From: Corallochytrium limacisporum Hawaii
Taxonomy: Eukaryota > Protista > Pluriformea
Direction of reading: 5' to 3'
DNA length: 64,000 bases
Assembly: GCA_002811645.1 (NCBI GenBank)
Contig: PDIP01000017.1
Coordinates: 62,001 to 126,000, forward strand
Notes under the pieces: model-generated
What the model saw: the letters and a program-made list of their open reading frames with translations, nothing else
The model's database searches: none
What the model was told of the DNA's origin: nothing
Shown here: positions 10,486 through 20,083 of the stretch, piece by piece
Numbering within the stretch: position 1 is the stretch's first letter
How the letters are laid out: each line of letters starts with the position of its first letter
Made by a program: the position numbers and the translations under genes

Positions 10486-11718
10486 CTATGAATTTTGCTT
10501 TTTCAGTTTGGCCTCCAAATCCTTAACCTTGGCCTGATATAGGGAATGAGTATCCATGAGGTTCTTCTCAAAATTGTTCATCGTGTTTTCGAACATGTCC
10601 TTCCAGTAGTCGCGTTCTTCTTCAAGCTTGGATACCACGTTGTGCATCTTGATGTTCGCTTGCTGCAGCGCAACGTTATCCTTCTGTACTTCCGCCATCT
10701 TCTGCCCCATTAGGTCCATCTCAACGCCCTGTTTCTTCAATTGGAGCATCAGATGCGAGTCATTTCTTGTTCCAAAGAAAGCTTGGCATGCCTTATCTTT
10801 GGATTCTTTAGTGTGCTCTCTGTAAGTGGTCTTGGACACTGTTTCGTGCAATTCCTTTTGCTGCAGCGTTAACGATTCCATGCTGGTGTTCATCTCTGTC
10901 TGCAACGTATCGATGGTTGTCTTCATCTCGGCACTGCTCATAGCATATTTGGTCTTCATATCAGCAATGATATTCCTGAGTTCAGAGTTTTCCTCTATGG
11001 TTTCTTTGAGAGCATTCTTGAGTTCCTTGAGGAGGAGTTGGTCCTCCTGACGGAGGGTCTGTGTGGTGCTTTGGGCCATACTCATGCTTCTCATGTCCTC
11101 TCGGAGTTGCTTCAACTCGTCCATAATTTCTGCACTCTTATCCACCGTCTCAATGGAGGGCGATGACATGACCAGCGGCTTTTCGAATTCAATATCATTA
11201 TCGTCAAATGTTTCTGCGGGGCCCTCGGAAGCATTTGTCTGCACACAGGCAGCGATCAAATCAAGTTTTGGCTGTGTTCCAAGCTGGGGGGCCTGGGGCT
11301 GCACCTCAGGAGACCTTCTGATGGCAGTCTTCTCAACTGCTATTGCTTTGGTATCTTGGTGATTTTTGAAAACGATTTCACCAAACTTTCTCTTTTTTGT
11401 TTCCGGTTGTCGATCGAAATGCTTACCCTGCGTCGACATTGACTCGACATCTTTCGGGGGCACGGGCTGAGCCAGATTCTCTTTGTCGAGTCCTAAATTA
11501 GTCATGACTCTCTTCAACTCTGTCTCACCACCCTTCTGATGCGCGCGATATAGGGCAAGTTTAGCCTGCATTGAGAGGCTGGGATGCTCCCAAGGTTTTG
11601 TTTTCTCTGTGCTCATGATCAACAGTTTGATGAGACTTACTTTCCCGGCCGCCAGTTCCTTGCTAATATCCTGAAGTGTCTCATGCTGAACATAATGTAC
11701 GTTGAAATACTTCAACAT
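10486..11718 (-). CDS. Uncharacterised coiled-coil protein with KEN-box-like motif
   Basis: Long ORF with heptad-rich C-terminal half and DKENL near the N-terminus. Alternative start ATG at 11616. Confidence 0.8.
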   Translation of the reverse strand: MLKYFNVHYVQHETLQDISKELAAGKVSLIKLLIMSTEKTKPWEHPSLSMQAKLALYRAHQKGGETELKRVMTNLGLDKENLAQPVPPKDVESMSTQGKHFDRQPETKKRKFGEIVFKNHQDTKAIAVEKTAIRRSPEVQPQAPQLGTQPKLDLIAACVQTNASEGPAETFDDNDIEFEKPLVMSSPSIETVDKSAEIMDELKQLREDMRSMSMAQSTTQTLRQEDQLLLKELKNALKETIEENSELRNIIADMKTKYAMSSAEMKTTIDTLQTEMNTSMESLTLQQKELHETVSKTTYREHTKESKDKACQAFFGTRNDSHLMLQLKKQGVEMDLMGQKMAEVQKDNVALQQANIKMHNVVSKLEEERDYWKDMFENTMNNFEKNLMDTHSLYQAKVKDLEAKLKKQNS

Positions 11719-11929
11719 ACACCTGTTCGCCTCCACTATCTTTGGTATGTTCTGTTTCCCGGTGTTTGTCTATCAACTTTCCAAATGAGCCAACAAGAAA
11801 CCTGCAAACGGACTACGTAGAATCGCCCCCTTTCCAGCAACAAAGCCGTCCCGCCCATGACGAGCTAGGGGAGGGAGGGTGTAGGCTTTGTACTGGTCCG
11901 AGGAGGGTACACTGGCCCGGGAGGGAGTT

Positions 11930-11947
11930 TTCAAGATTTTGGCGCGC
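11930..11947 (-). promoter_or_regulatory. E2F/CDE-CHR bipartite element upstream of the coiled-coil gene
   Basis: Sense strand reads GC-GCGCCA-AAAT-CTTGAA. Two more CHR-type hexamers (TTTGAA, CTTGAA) lie at about 11985-11996. Confidence 0.6.
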
Positions 11948-12101
11948 GTAGTTGGGGGGCACAGCGAGGGGGGGAGGGTCCTAGTTTGAACTTGAAATAT
12001 AAGGAGTCGGGCTTGTGGGGCGGCCGCTCCGAGGGTTGAGATCAATTTGGGATGAGCACAGGGAGTTTTGATGAATATTGATATCCATTTGGTTCTTTAT
12101 C

Positions 12102-12917
12102 TTACATGTTGGCGGCCGTGTATGGCTCATAGAATTGGTCGAGGATGGCTTCGATATCAAGAACGTTTTCTACACAGTGATGCGCGTGCTGCGCGTGCTC
12201 TTCATTGTGCTTGCCTCGGTGTACCCAGATCGTGTGGGCTCCGAATTCCTTTGCCCCTTTGACATCTGCATCGGGACAGTCTCCGATGTGTAACATGTGC
12301 TCCGGATCACAGTCGACAAGCTTGATCGCATGGTTGAAAATTTCTGGATGGGGTTTACTGACCCCAGCATGATCCGGTGAAATATGAAAACTGACTACTT
12401 CGCGAAGCCCGGGAACTCTTGATACATCTGCATTGCCATTTGTAATCACACCGATAATGTATCCCTTGTCTTTCAAACGCTTAAGCATTTCAGCAACGCC
12501 CGGAAAAAGTTCGCCAGCACTGCGATGATGGATAAAATTGGCAAGTGATGGTTCCACAAACTGCTCCGGATCAAGATCGAACTCTTTTGCAATCGAGTGA
12601 AGCGCCATTCTTCGAAGCTCAGTGAAGTTGGTGACCTTCCCACCATTGTCTTCCGATGTCTTTCTAATGAGCATAAGCATTTTCTGAGGTTGCCCATACT
12701 TCTCCTTGATCTTGGGGCTAAATTGTGACATGAACTCAATGTTGATCTCTACAGCCTTCGAGATGACAGCTTTGCAGTCCCAGAGTGTGTCATCCAGATC
12801 AAAGCTCAATGTCTTTATACGAGTTTTCTGTACAGGCATTGTGGAATATGATCTGCCTGATGTCCTATATATTAAATTTGTGATCGTACCTAAAGACCTC
12901 CTATGCAACGTTCCCAT
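12102..12917 (-). CDS. HAD-superfamily hydrolase (YigB/NANP-like, subfamily IA)
   Basis: FDLDDTLW, ITNGN, KPHPEIF, HIGDCPDADVKGA; basic presequence-like N-terminus. Confidence 0.92.
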   Translation of the reverse strand: MGTLHRRSLGTITNLIYRTSGRSYSTMPVQKTRIKTLSFDLDDTLWDCKAVISKAVEINIEFMSQFSPKIKEKYGQPQKMLMLIRKTSEDNGGKVTNFTELRRMALHSIAKEFDLDPEQFVEPSLANFIHHRSAGELFPGVAEMLKRLKDKGYIIGVITNGNADVSRVPGLREVVSFHISPDHAGVSKPHPEIFNHAIKLVDCDPEHMLHIGDCPDADVKGAKEFGAHTIWVHRGKHNEEHAQHAHHCVENVLDIEAILDQFYEPYTAANM

Positions 12918-14014
12918 CACGAGGAATACGCGGTCCTATATTTAGAGTGGTTCATCAGTCTCGAAAGGACATGATAACCCCCTGGTCCCACATCAATACA
13001 CACACAAAGACTTCTTTGAAATCTAAAGTTTTCCACACATTGCTAGGGTTGAAGTAGGTAGCTATATCCATCTGCAGGTCTTCAGCCCATCTATCGACCT
13101 CTTGTCATGACACCTTTTGCTGCGTGGCCCACCGGGGGCTACACAGGTAGCAGCAGCCACTGCCGGGAAGGGTGGGGGGCCATAAGGAACCCCGCCGGTC
13201 GGCTCCGACGTCTCATGACAGCGATCGCAGCTTCAGTAGTGAATGTACTAAAATGGTGAGATTTCATACTGAATGTACTGAGATGAGAGGGTGCAGTCGA
13301 GACGCTGTGATTTTGATCAATATTTCCATGCAGCGCCCCTTCCCCCATCCCTCCCTAGCTCCCCTGGTGTTCCTTAGGATTTTTTGGGAGCGAGGTCGCG
13401 CAGGGAGAACTATAGCCAAAATGCCCCCCTGGAAAACGGCTCCCTGATTGGCTGAAACCTCGATATTCCGAGCTTGACACTGGCTAGGCAGGCAAGAAGG
13501 CCCTTTTCGGGTCTATATAGGCAAGTTAGGGGTGGGATACGGTACGAACGGTGTTGGGACGTTGGCAGGGGCGTTATGGACACGCACCCCTGGAGAGCAG
13601 GGCACGGAGCAGTACGACGGGCAACGAGAGAGCAGAGGTTTCAACCCTAAGCGTCTGACAGTGCTGCCCCAAGGGGAGAGCCTCAGAGGCCCTTATCTGA
13701 TGATACTCTTATACTTCCGCCATCGGTGTACGGGACTCATCAAGTAGGCCTCCATTTGGGGACAATTTAGTAGTGACCTGGGCACCGGCAAAGAGTATTG
13801 TGTTGTATTCAGCTACAAGAGACAAATAGGTGAAATCATGCAAACGTGACGAATTGGAAAAAAATAATTCTTATTTGTAACGTGCGCTTAAATCAACAGA
13901 AACATAGTATTACGGAATGGTGTAACGTGAATGAAGAAAGTATATAGAGTGTGTGGGTGTAGCAACGCAAATAGACCCAGTCACAGAGACGGGAGAGAAA
14001 CTAATCATTGCAAC

Positions 14015-16966
14015 ATGAAGGCTGTTGGGCGGAAGATGCTGCGGCGTGCCCGTACGCAACGCTACTCAGCCTCTAGCGACGGGCAACGTGGACATTCTCG
14101 GCGCAGTTCTGATGCTGAACAGCAAGAACAAGAGGACTCAAAACAAATGCAAAGTCTACAGGTTTACAACCTCGGTCAATTGAAGCAACTCACACTGTTG
14201 GTTCGTGACTTCTCAGCAGCATCCAAGGATCTAAGCTGTATGCTTGTACAGCGCCGGGACGAAGGTGAGGATTTCGAAGACGGAGAGGTGTCTGCAACTC
14301 TTGGTAAGATGCTTGAAGCTATCCGTCAAACAAAGCTGAACTTCAAGATGTCCTATGCCGACCAGATTGTTGGGAAGAGCAAAAGTCTGGTTGATGAAAT
14401 TCGCAGCCTGATGGCTGACGAGGATCGCCCGGTGGATGATGCTTTGAATAAGCTACAGGCTCTTGACACAATCTACAACGGTGCCGTGTCCCGGCTGATG
14501 ACAGATGACGGCAGTGTAACAGGATCTTTGGAGGATCTATTTGGCGAAGACGACGAGGACGACTTTGGACGGTACAGCAAGAGTGCCAGCAGCTTCAGCA
14601 TGGACGCCCAGGGCTTTGAGAGTATGGAAAACGTTCCATTGAGCGGTGGCCAAAGCAACGGTACCATCCAAGCCAATGCAGACGATCACCTGCCTTGGGA
14701 AGACGAAGTCGACATTATTCTTGATCGTGGCAAGGAATGGTCTGCATTCACTCGCGAGATGGTTGGTTACATTGACAAGCGTGCTGAACTGGAAAGGGCG
14801 CATGCGATCAATCTCGAGAAGCTGGCACAGTCAACATCAGCATCTCTGCTGGAAGGAGGATGGCTGAAACGCGAACGTTTCCGCGACGTGTTCCAAACCA
14901 CTGTGGCTATGCATGCAGCCATGGCACGTACGCATGCAGGTTTGATCAACGCAAAAATGCAGCAGGAAATGGATGTCCTGCGACAGACAAAGGTTGATTT
15001 TGATCGTCAGCGGAAAGTGGTTGCTCAACAGTACAAAGACAGTGAACGGACATACCGGGACAGCGTTAGCGTGATGAAGAAAACGCGTGAACGGTATCGT
15101 ACACTAAACGATACGTGGGAGAATGCGTTGCTGGAACGCATGAAAGAGGAAGGATCAACTTACAAATTGAAGCTTCAAAAGCGCCAGAAGGAGGAAGAAG
15201 AAGCCAAGAACCGCGTGGACAAAAGCCGAGACGATTACGTCCAGAGTGTGACAAATTCGAATCACTCGCAAGAGGAGTTCATCACTGCTGCCAGTGACCT
15301 AAGCGAGCAGCTGAGAGACTGGAGTCTGCAATCTGATGAGTCGCTCAAGGCAGCTATGGTTGCCTTTCTGCAGATGGAAGCCGATGCTGCCAGCACACGG
15401 AATCAGCTCATGACCAACAACCTGACGAAGGCTGAAGAACTCAACTACTCTTTGGATTTCAAGCATCTGCTGAAGACCCATAGTTGTGGTCGTAAATTGC
15501 AATATGTTCCTCATGTCATTCACGACTACGGAGCAGACACTGCAGCACAAACGGAACAGCCCACAGCCGCCGCCAAAGAGGGCACTGCTGCTGCGTCCAA
15601 GATTCGATTGCACAAGTTCCAGAAACTATCTCGCCCTTCAAAGTGCCGTCATTGTGAAAACTTTGTGTATCTCAATGGAGTCGAGTGCTCAATATGTCGC
15701 CTAGCCTACCACAAGAAGTGTGTCAACAAATTGGATACAGAGTGTGCAGGGAAGGTGGTTGACACTGGCAATCAGTCTCTGTCCCTGTTTGGTACCCCGC
15801 TTTCGGACAGTCCGCAAAGAAACGGTCTTCCCTTCGTCATTGATAAGTGCATCGCAGAAATCGAAGCACGAGACTTGGACGAGGAAGGCCTGTACCGCTT
15901 GGCTGGCGTTAAGTCACGAATTGAAAGGGCTTGTGCACTCATGGAAAAGCAAGGTGCCAGATGCGATCTTGGACAAGAAAGTGATGTCCACGTTATCACC
16001 AACATGCTTAAGCTGTACATGCGGCAGCTCCCCGAACCGGTGGTACCAACCAGCATGTATGATGACATGCTGATACTGACGAAGAAGCGGAGTGATGCCA
16101 CTGTACAGGATTACCGTGACTTTTTAACTCGTCTGCCGCCGGTGCACTATGCCACCCTTAAGGCGCTCATTAAGCATCTCAATCTGGTCACAAGTCATTG
16201 TGAATCAAACAAAATGAAGGCCAGCAATCTGGGTATCGTATTCGGTCCGACCCTGCTCCGCCCTGAAAACGAGGATGATCAATTGCAACAAGTCACAGAC
16301 ATGCCTCATCAGAGCTTCTTTGTTGAACGGCTGATTTCAAATGCCGACGAGGTTTTCTGCAATGATGCTGCGCCAGATGCGCTGGCAGCTGACAACGACG
16401 CAGACAGTATCGTAGACGCCGAAGCAGACAATGAAGAGCACACTGAAGAACAAACTGAAGCAGATACGGAAGCAGACACTGACACTCCCACTGAAACCTC
16501 CACGAAAATGGCAGATCCTGAACCTCCGAAGGAGCCAAGGATGCCTCCTGTGGAAAATCGGTCTTCCATCGAAAAGCGTGATGTTGCAAGTTTAGATGAC
16601 GCTGACAGCAGCGAGCCGAGTGTGGCTGATATTATGGTCGAATTTGTCAGTTCACGAAGCAATATGCAAGAGCTTGACGAAGACAGCGTTGTTTCTGAGC
16701 CTGTGCCATTGAAGTCCTCCAAGGGATCACAAGAAAAGCTAGAGATGATGCCTCCTCCTCCTCCTCCCATTGAGGACAATGACCCTGTTGTCCCCGAGCC
16801 CATTATGGACAAAGGACCCGCTATCCCACCTCCAATTGAGGACGATGACCCTGCTCTTCCACCTCCCATTGAGGACAATGATCCTGTTATCAGCGTTGGA
16901 TGTGTTATGCCTCCACCACCTCCACCGCTGACCGATACAGAAGGTCGCGGAGAGTGGCGAAGATGA
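14015..16966 (+). CDS. F-BAR + C1 + RhoGAP protein (ARHGAP29/ARHGAP45/GMIP family)
   Basis: F-BAR start KEWSAFTREMVGYIDKR; C1 HKFQKL...KCRHC...CSIC...HKKC; RhoGAP EEGLYRLAG and NKMKASNLGIVFGPTL; Pro-rich tail. An upstream in-frame ATG exists at 13931. Confidence 0.93.
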   Translation: MKAVGRKMLRRARTQRYSASSDGQRGHSRRSSDAEQQEQEDSKQMQSLQVYNLGQLKQLTLLVRDFSAASKDLSCMLVQRRDEGEDFEDGEVSATLGKMLEAIRQTKLNFKMSYADQIVGKSKSLVDEIRSLMADEDRPVDDALNKLQALDTIYNGAVSRLMTDDGSVTGSLEDLFGEDDEDDFGRYSKSASSFSMDAQGFESMENVPLSGGQSNGTIQANADDHLPWEDEVDIILDRGKEWSAFTREMVGYIDKRAELERAHAINLEKLAQSTSASLLEGGWLKRERFRDVFQTTVAMHAAMARTHAGLINAKMQQEMDVLRQTKVDFDRQRKVVAQQYKDSERTYRDSVSVMKKTRERYRTLNDTWENALLERMKEEGSTYKLKLQKRQKEEEEAKNRVDKSRDDYVQSVTNSNHSQEEFITAASDLSEQLRDWSLQSDESLKAAMVAFLQMEADAASTRNQLMTNNLTKAEELNYSLDFKHLLKTHSCGRKLQYVPHVIHDYGADTAAQTEQPTAAAKEGTAAASKIRLHKFQKLSRPSKCRHCENFVYLNGVECSICRLAYHKKCVNKLDTECAGKVVDTGNQSLSLFGTPLSDSPQRNGLPFVIDKCIAEIEARDLDEEGLYRLAGVKSRIERACALMEKQGARCDLGQESDVHVITNMLKLYMRQLPEPVVPTSMYDDMLILTKKRSDATVQDYRDFLTRLPPVHYATLKALIKHLNLVTSHCESNKMKASNLGIVFGPTLLRPENEDDQLQQVTDMPHQSFFVERLISNADEVFCNDAAPDALAADNDADSIVDAEADNEEHTEEQTEADTEADTDTPTETSTKMADPEPPKEPRMPPVENRSSIEKRDVASLDDADSSEPSVADIMVEFVSSRSNMQELDEDSVVSEPVPLKSSKGSQEKLEMMPPPPPPIEDNDPVVPEPIMDKGPAIPPPIEDDDPALPPPIEDNDPVISVGCVMPPPPPPLTDTEGRGEWRR
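16751..16888 (+). repeat. Three intragenic PPPIED(N/D)DP repeats in the RhoGAP tail
   Basis: cctcc(c/a)attgaggac(a/g)atga(c/t)cct occurs three times. Confidence 0.85.
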
Positions 16967-17186
16967 GGATGCAGTGGTAGCCGCATTCGCCGAAGCAATG
17001 GATCTGCATTCAGTCGAGAACTTGGCAAGTGAGCAGGTCTGAAGGGGGATGCAAACTATTGAAAAAATGTTAACCATGTAAGCTTACCATAAATATGTGC
17101 GTATCATGTGTATGATGTTAATTAGAAGTTGACGAAATTCTACAGTTTGGAGGGAAGATGTCTATCACAGCAGCCTGCGCTCTTTC

Positions 17187-18167
17187 CTATGCCGGAGTCT
17201 CCATAGCATCGCTCATTGTCGACCGAAGGCGCTCAAAACTCGCAAAGAAGATGCTACACACGCAGAACCACCAGCCCGCGCGTGGCATGGCACCTACAAA
17301 CAGCCCTGCCGGTCCTTCTTCCATCAGTACCTGCTTCAAGACCGCGACCGTACCCAGGTTCTTGCCGGTTGCTGTCATAATCCGTGTCTTAACCACGTCG
17401 AAGGGAGTGGTGGACCATCCCGCAAGGGCACCACTGAACCCGCCCCACAAAACAGTTTCCCCGTCGCTCCACGGCTTGTCCGGGTGGTCGTTTCGCCGAC
17501 TGTCCGCAGTAGAAATACGAATCTTCCAAACTTTAAACTGCTCATAGCTCACAAAGAGCACTGCCATGAACGGTAAATCACGCAAAGCTGTGGACCAGTA
17601 GCCCCTGAAGAATCCCTTAAATCCATCGTCCCTGAGGATGGACCTAACGGCCTCTCCACTGCTGTTGTACATACCTGTCTGCAAACGCTGGACCAGAATC
17701 TCGCGTGGCACCTTCACAACGGAGCTGGCAATGTCACCCATACATGCAGCCAGAGCATTGCGCAACAGCGGGTTGCCAATGTAAGGCCCCAGGTGATCTC
17801 TGGCTTCGTTGTAGCATCCGAGACGCAGACCTCCCTGGGGTGCAGCACCAAGTACGCTGACCATAAAACCGCGACTCAGCAGAGCAGTACCGCTTTCGCG
17901 GATGGCATGTGCCATGTGCTTGCTAAATGACCCGCTGACTGTCTTGGTTGCAACTGCCTGCATCCGGGTCTTGATTGTGTCCACTGGATGCATGATTGCA
18001 AAACTCAGGGGCAAAGCAATAGCGCCTGCAACAAAATTGTAACGGAACTTATAACTGTCTGGTGGTTTGTTGACTGTGGTGGCTGTGGCTGTGGCTGTGG
18101 CAGTTGACCCACTGCCCGCAGCTGTCCGCTGCTGCATTGATTCCTTCGTGGCCATAGTAGTAGCCAT
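17187..18167 (-). CDS. Mitochondrial carrier (SLC25), S-adenosylmethionine carrier-like
   Basis: Three carrier signatures PVDTIKTRMQ, PREILVQRLQ and PFDVVKTRIM; RDLPF...YEQFK as in SAM carriers. Confidence 0.9.
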   Translation of the reverse strand: MATTMATKESMQQRTAAGSGSTATATATATTVNKPPDSYKFRYNFVAGAIALPLSFAIMHPVDTIKTRMQAVATKTVSGSFSKHMAHAIRESGTALLSRGFMVSVLGAAPQGGLRLGCYNEARDHLGPYIGNPLLRNALAACMGDIASSVVKVPREILVQRLQTGMYNSSGEAVRSILRDDGFKGFFRGYWSTALRDLPFMAVLFVSYEQFKVWKIRISTADSRRNDHPDKPWSDGETVLWGGFSGALAGWSTTPFDVVKTRIMTATGKNLGTVAVLKQVLMEEGPAGLFVGAMPRAGWWFCVCSIFFASFERLRSTMSDAMETPA

Positions 18168-18750
18168 CAAGAGTATCCTTTGATCTATAACTCTGGTCGA
18201 CAAATTCTCTGCCGGAGTGGAATTAGGCGCCTAGTTCATTACTCAAGTCAGCACATAACCTTTGTAATCTACACCCTGCTTTTGCTGCGATCCTGTCCGC
18301 TCTGGCGAGAACTTGCTCAAGACACAAATTTCTCTTTTCTACACGTGGAGAGTATGTGTCTTTACTGCTGCACAGAGCAAATCCTTCGGAGTCTCAAATC
18401 ACTTGGCCCTCAACAAATACCTCAGCTGCGAGCGAGGTTCTAGCGGTCTTCTTTCCATTGCCTTGCCCTTCAGAAGGACTTCCAAACAATTTGCTCCAGG
18501 TGGCGGACTGCATTCCGGTTCCCAGAGCCAGTCACAACCGTGTCCGCCGATCCGAAACCGCCCGTGGTGTCAGCCAAAGCGCAAGGAACGCACCATGCAC
18601 CCCACCACCTCCCCCACCATCTACCACCACCAGCCGCCAGTAATCGGGTCCCGAGCGTTAGCAAACTTCCCCCTTCGCCGGCTATGGTCAATGTCACCGC
18701 GGTCCCTCTACTTTCTTCCCCCCCCCCCCCCCCTCCCTACGGAACCAAGT

Positions 18751-19708
18751 NNNNNNNNNNNNNNNNNNNNNNNNNNNNNNNNNNNNNNNNNNNNNNNNNN
18801 NNNNNNNNNNNNNNNNNNNNNNNNNNNNNNNNNNNNNNNNNNNNNNNNNNNNNNNNNNNNNNNNNNNNNNNNNNNNNNNNNNNNNNNNNNNNNNNNNNNN
18901 NNNNNNNNNNNNNNNNNNNNNNNNNNNNNNNNNNNNNNNNNNNNNNNNNNNNNNNNNNNNNNNNNNNNNNNNNNNNNNNNNNNNNNNNNNNNNNNNNNNN
19001 NNNNNNNNNNNNNNNNNNNNNNNNNNNNNNNNNNNNNNNNNNNNNNNNNNNNNNNNNNNNNNNNNNNNNNNNNNNNNNNNNNNNNNNNNNNNNNNNNNNN
19101 NNNNNNNNNNNNNNNNNNNNNNNNNNNNNNNNNNNNNNNNNNNNNNNNNNNNNNNNNNNNNNNNNNNNNNNNNNNNNNNNNNNNNNNNNNNNNNNNNNNN
19201 NNNNNNNNNNNNNNNNNNNNNNNNNNNNNNNNNNNNNNNNNNNNNNNNNNNNNNNNNNNNNNNNNNNNNNNNNNNNNNNNNNNNNNNNNNNNNNNNNNNN
19301 NNNNNNNNNNNNNNNNNNNNNNNNNNNNNNNNNNNNNNNNNNNNNNNNNNNNNNNNNNNNNNNNNNNNNNNNNNNNNNNNNNNNNNNNNNNNNNNNNNNN
19401 NNNNNNNNNNNNNNNNNNNNNNNNNNNNNNNNNNNNNNNNNNNNNNNNNNNNNNNNNNNNNNNNNNNNNNNNNNNNNNNNNNNNNNNNNNNNNNNNNNNN
19501 NNNNNNNNNNNNNNNNNNNNNNNNNNNNNNNNNNNNNNNNNNNNNNNNNNNNNNNNNNNNNNNNNNNNNNNNNNNNNNNNNNNNNNNNNNNNNNNNNNNN
19601 NNNNNNNNNNNNNNNNNNNNNNNNNNNNNNNNNNNNNNNNNNNNNNNNNNNNNNNNNNNNNNNNNNNNNNNNNNNNNNNNNNNNNNNNNNNNNNNNNNNN
19701 NNNNNNNN
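18751..19708. other. Assembly gap (N run)
   Basis: 958 N, flanked by a poly-C tract on the left and a GA-rich tract on the right. Confidence 0.99.
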
Positions 19709-19742
19709 GAGAGAAAAAAGAGGGAGGCAACGGAAAAAGGGG

Positions 19743-19748
<6 letters not shown>

Positions 19749-19773
<25 letters not shown>
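19749..19773. repeat. (GA)n microsatellite
   Basis: About 12 consecutive GA units. Confidence 0.95.
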
Positions 19774-20083
19774 TGAGTGAGAACGTTGTGTCCGTGGAGT
19801 AGTTTGAGAGTTGTGTGTGCTGCATACTTTAATGAGGAACTTGCTCCGAAACGGGACGAAGGGTGAGTGATCTTTGCGATCTGAGTGGAGGGCCGGGCTG
19901 CGAAGCGGAAGGGGGAGGGGGGGAGAGGGAATGTCATTCAAAGTGTATGGAAGCAAAGAATGTGAGATTGGAAATCAAATTTGATTCCCGCTCCGTATAT
20001 TCAAATGACGAATCAATAGGAGGGCCACGGCTCTAGGTACGATACGATATGAGAGGCACCACTATCACTGCTCAAAGAGATGC

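Noticed and set aside
13155-13172. GCCACTG-CC-GGGAAGG resembling part of a cobalamin riboswitch
   Set aside because: Other conserved elements are absent and it is far from any B12-related gene; probably chance.
18313-19956. Long ORFs spanning the N run
   Set aside because: Artefacts of translating Ns.
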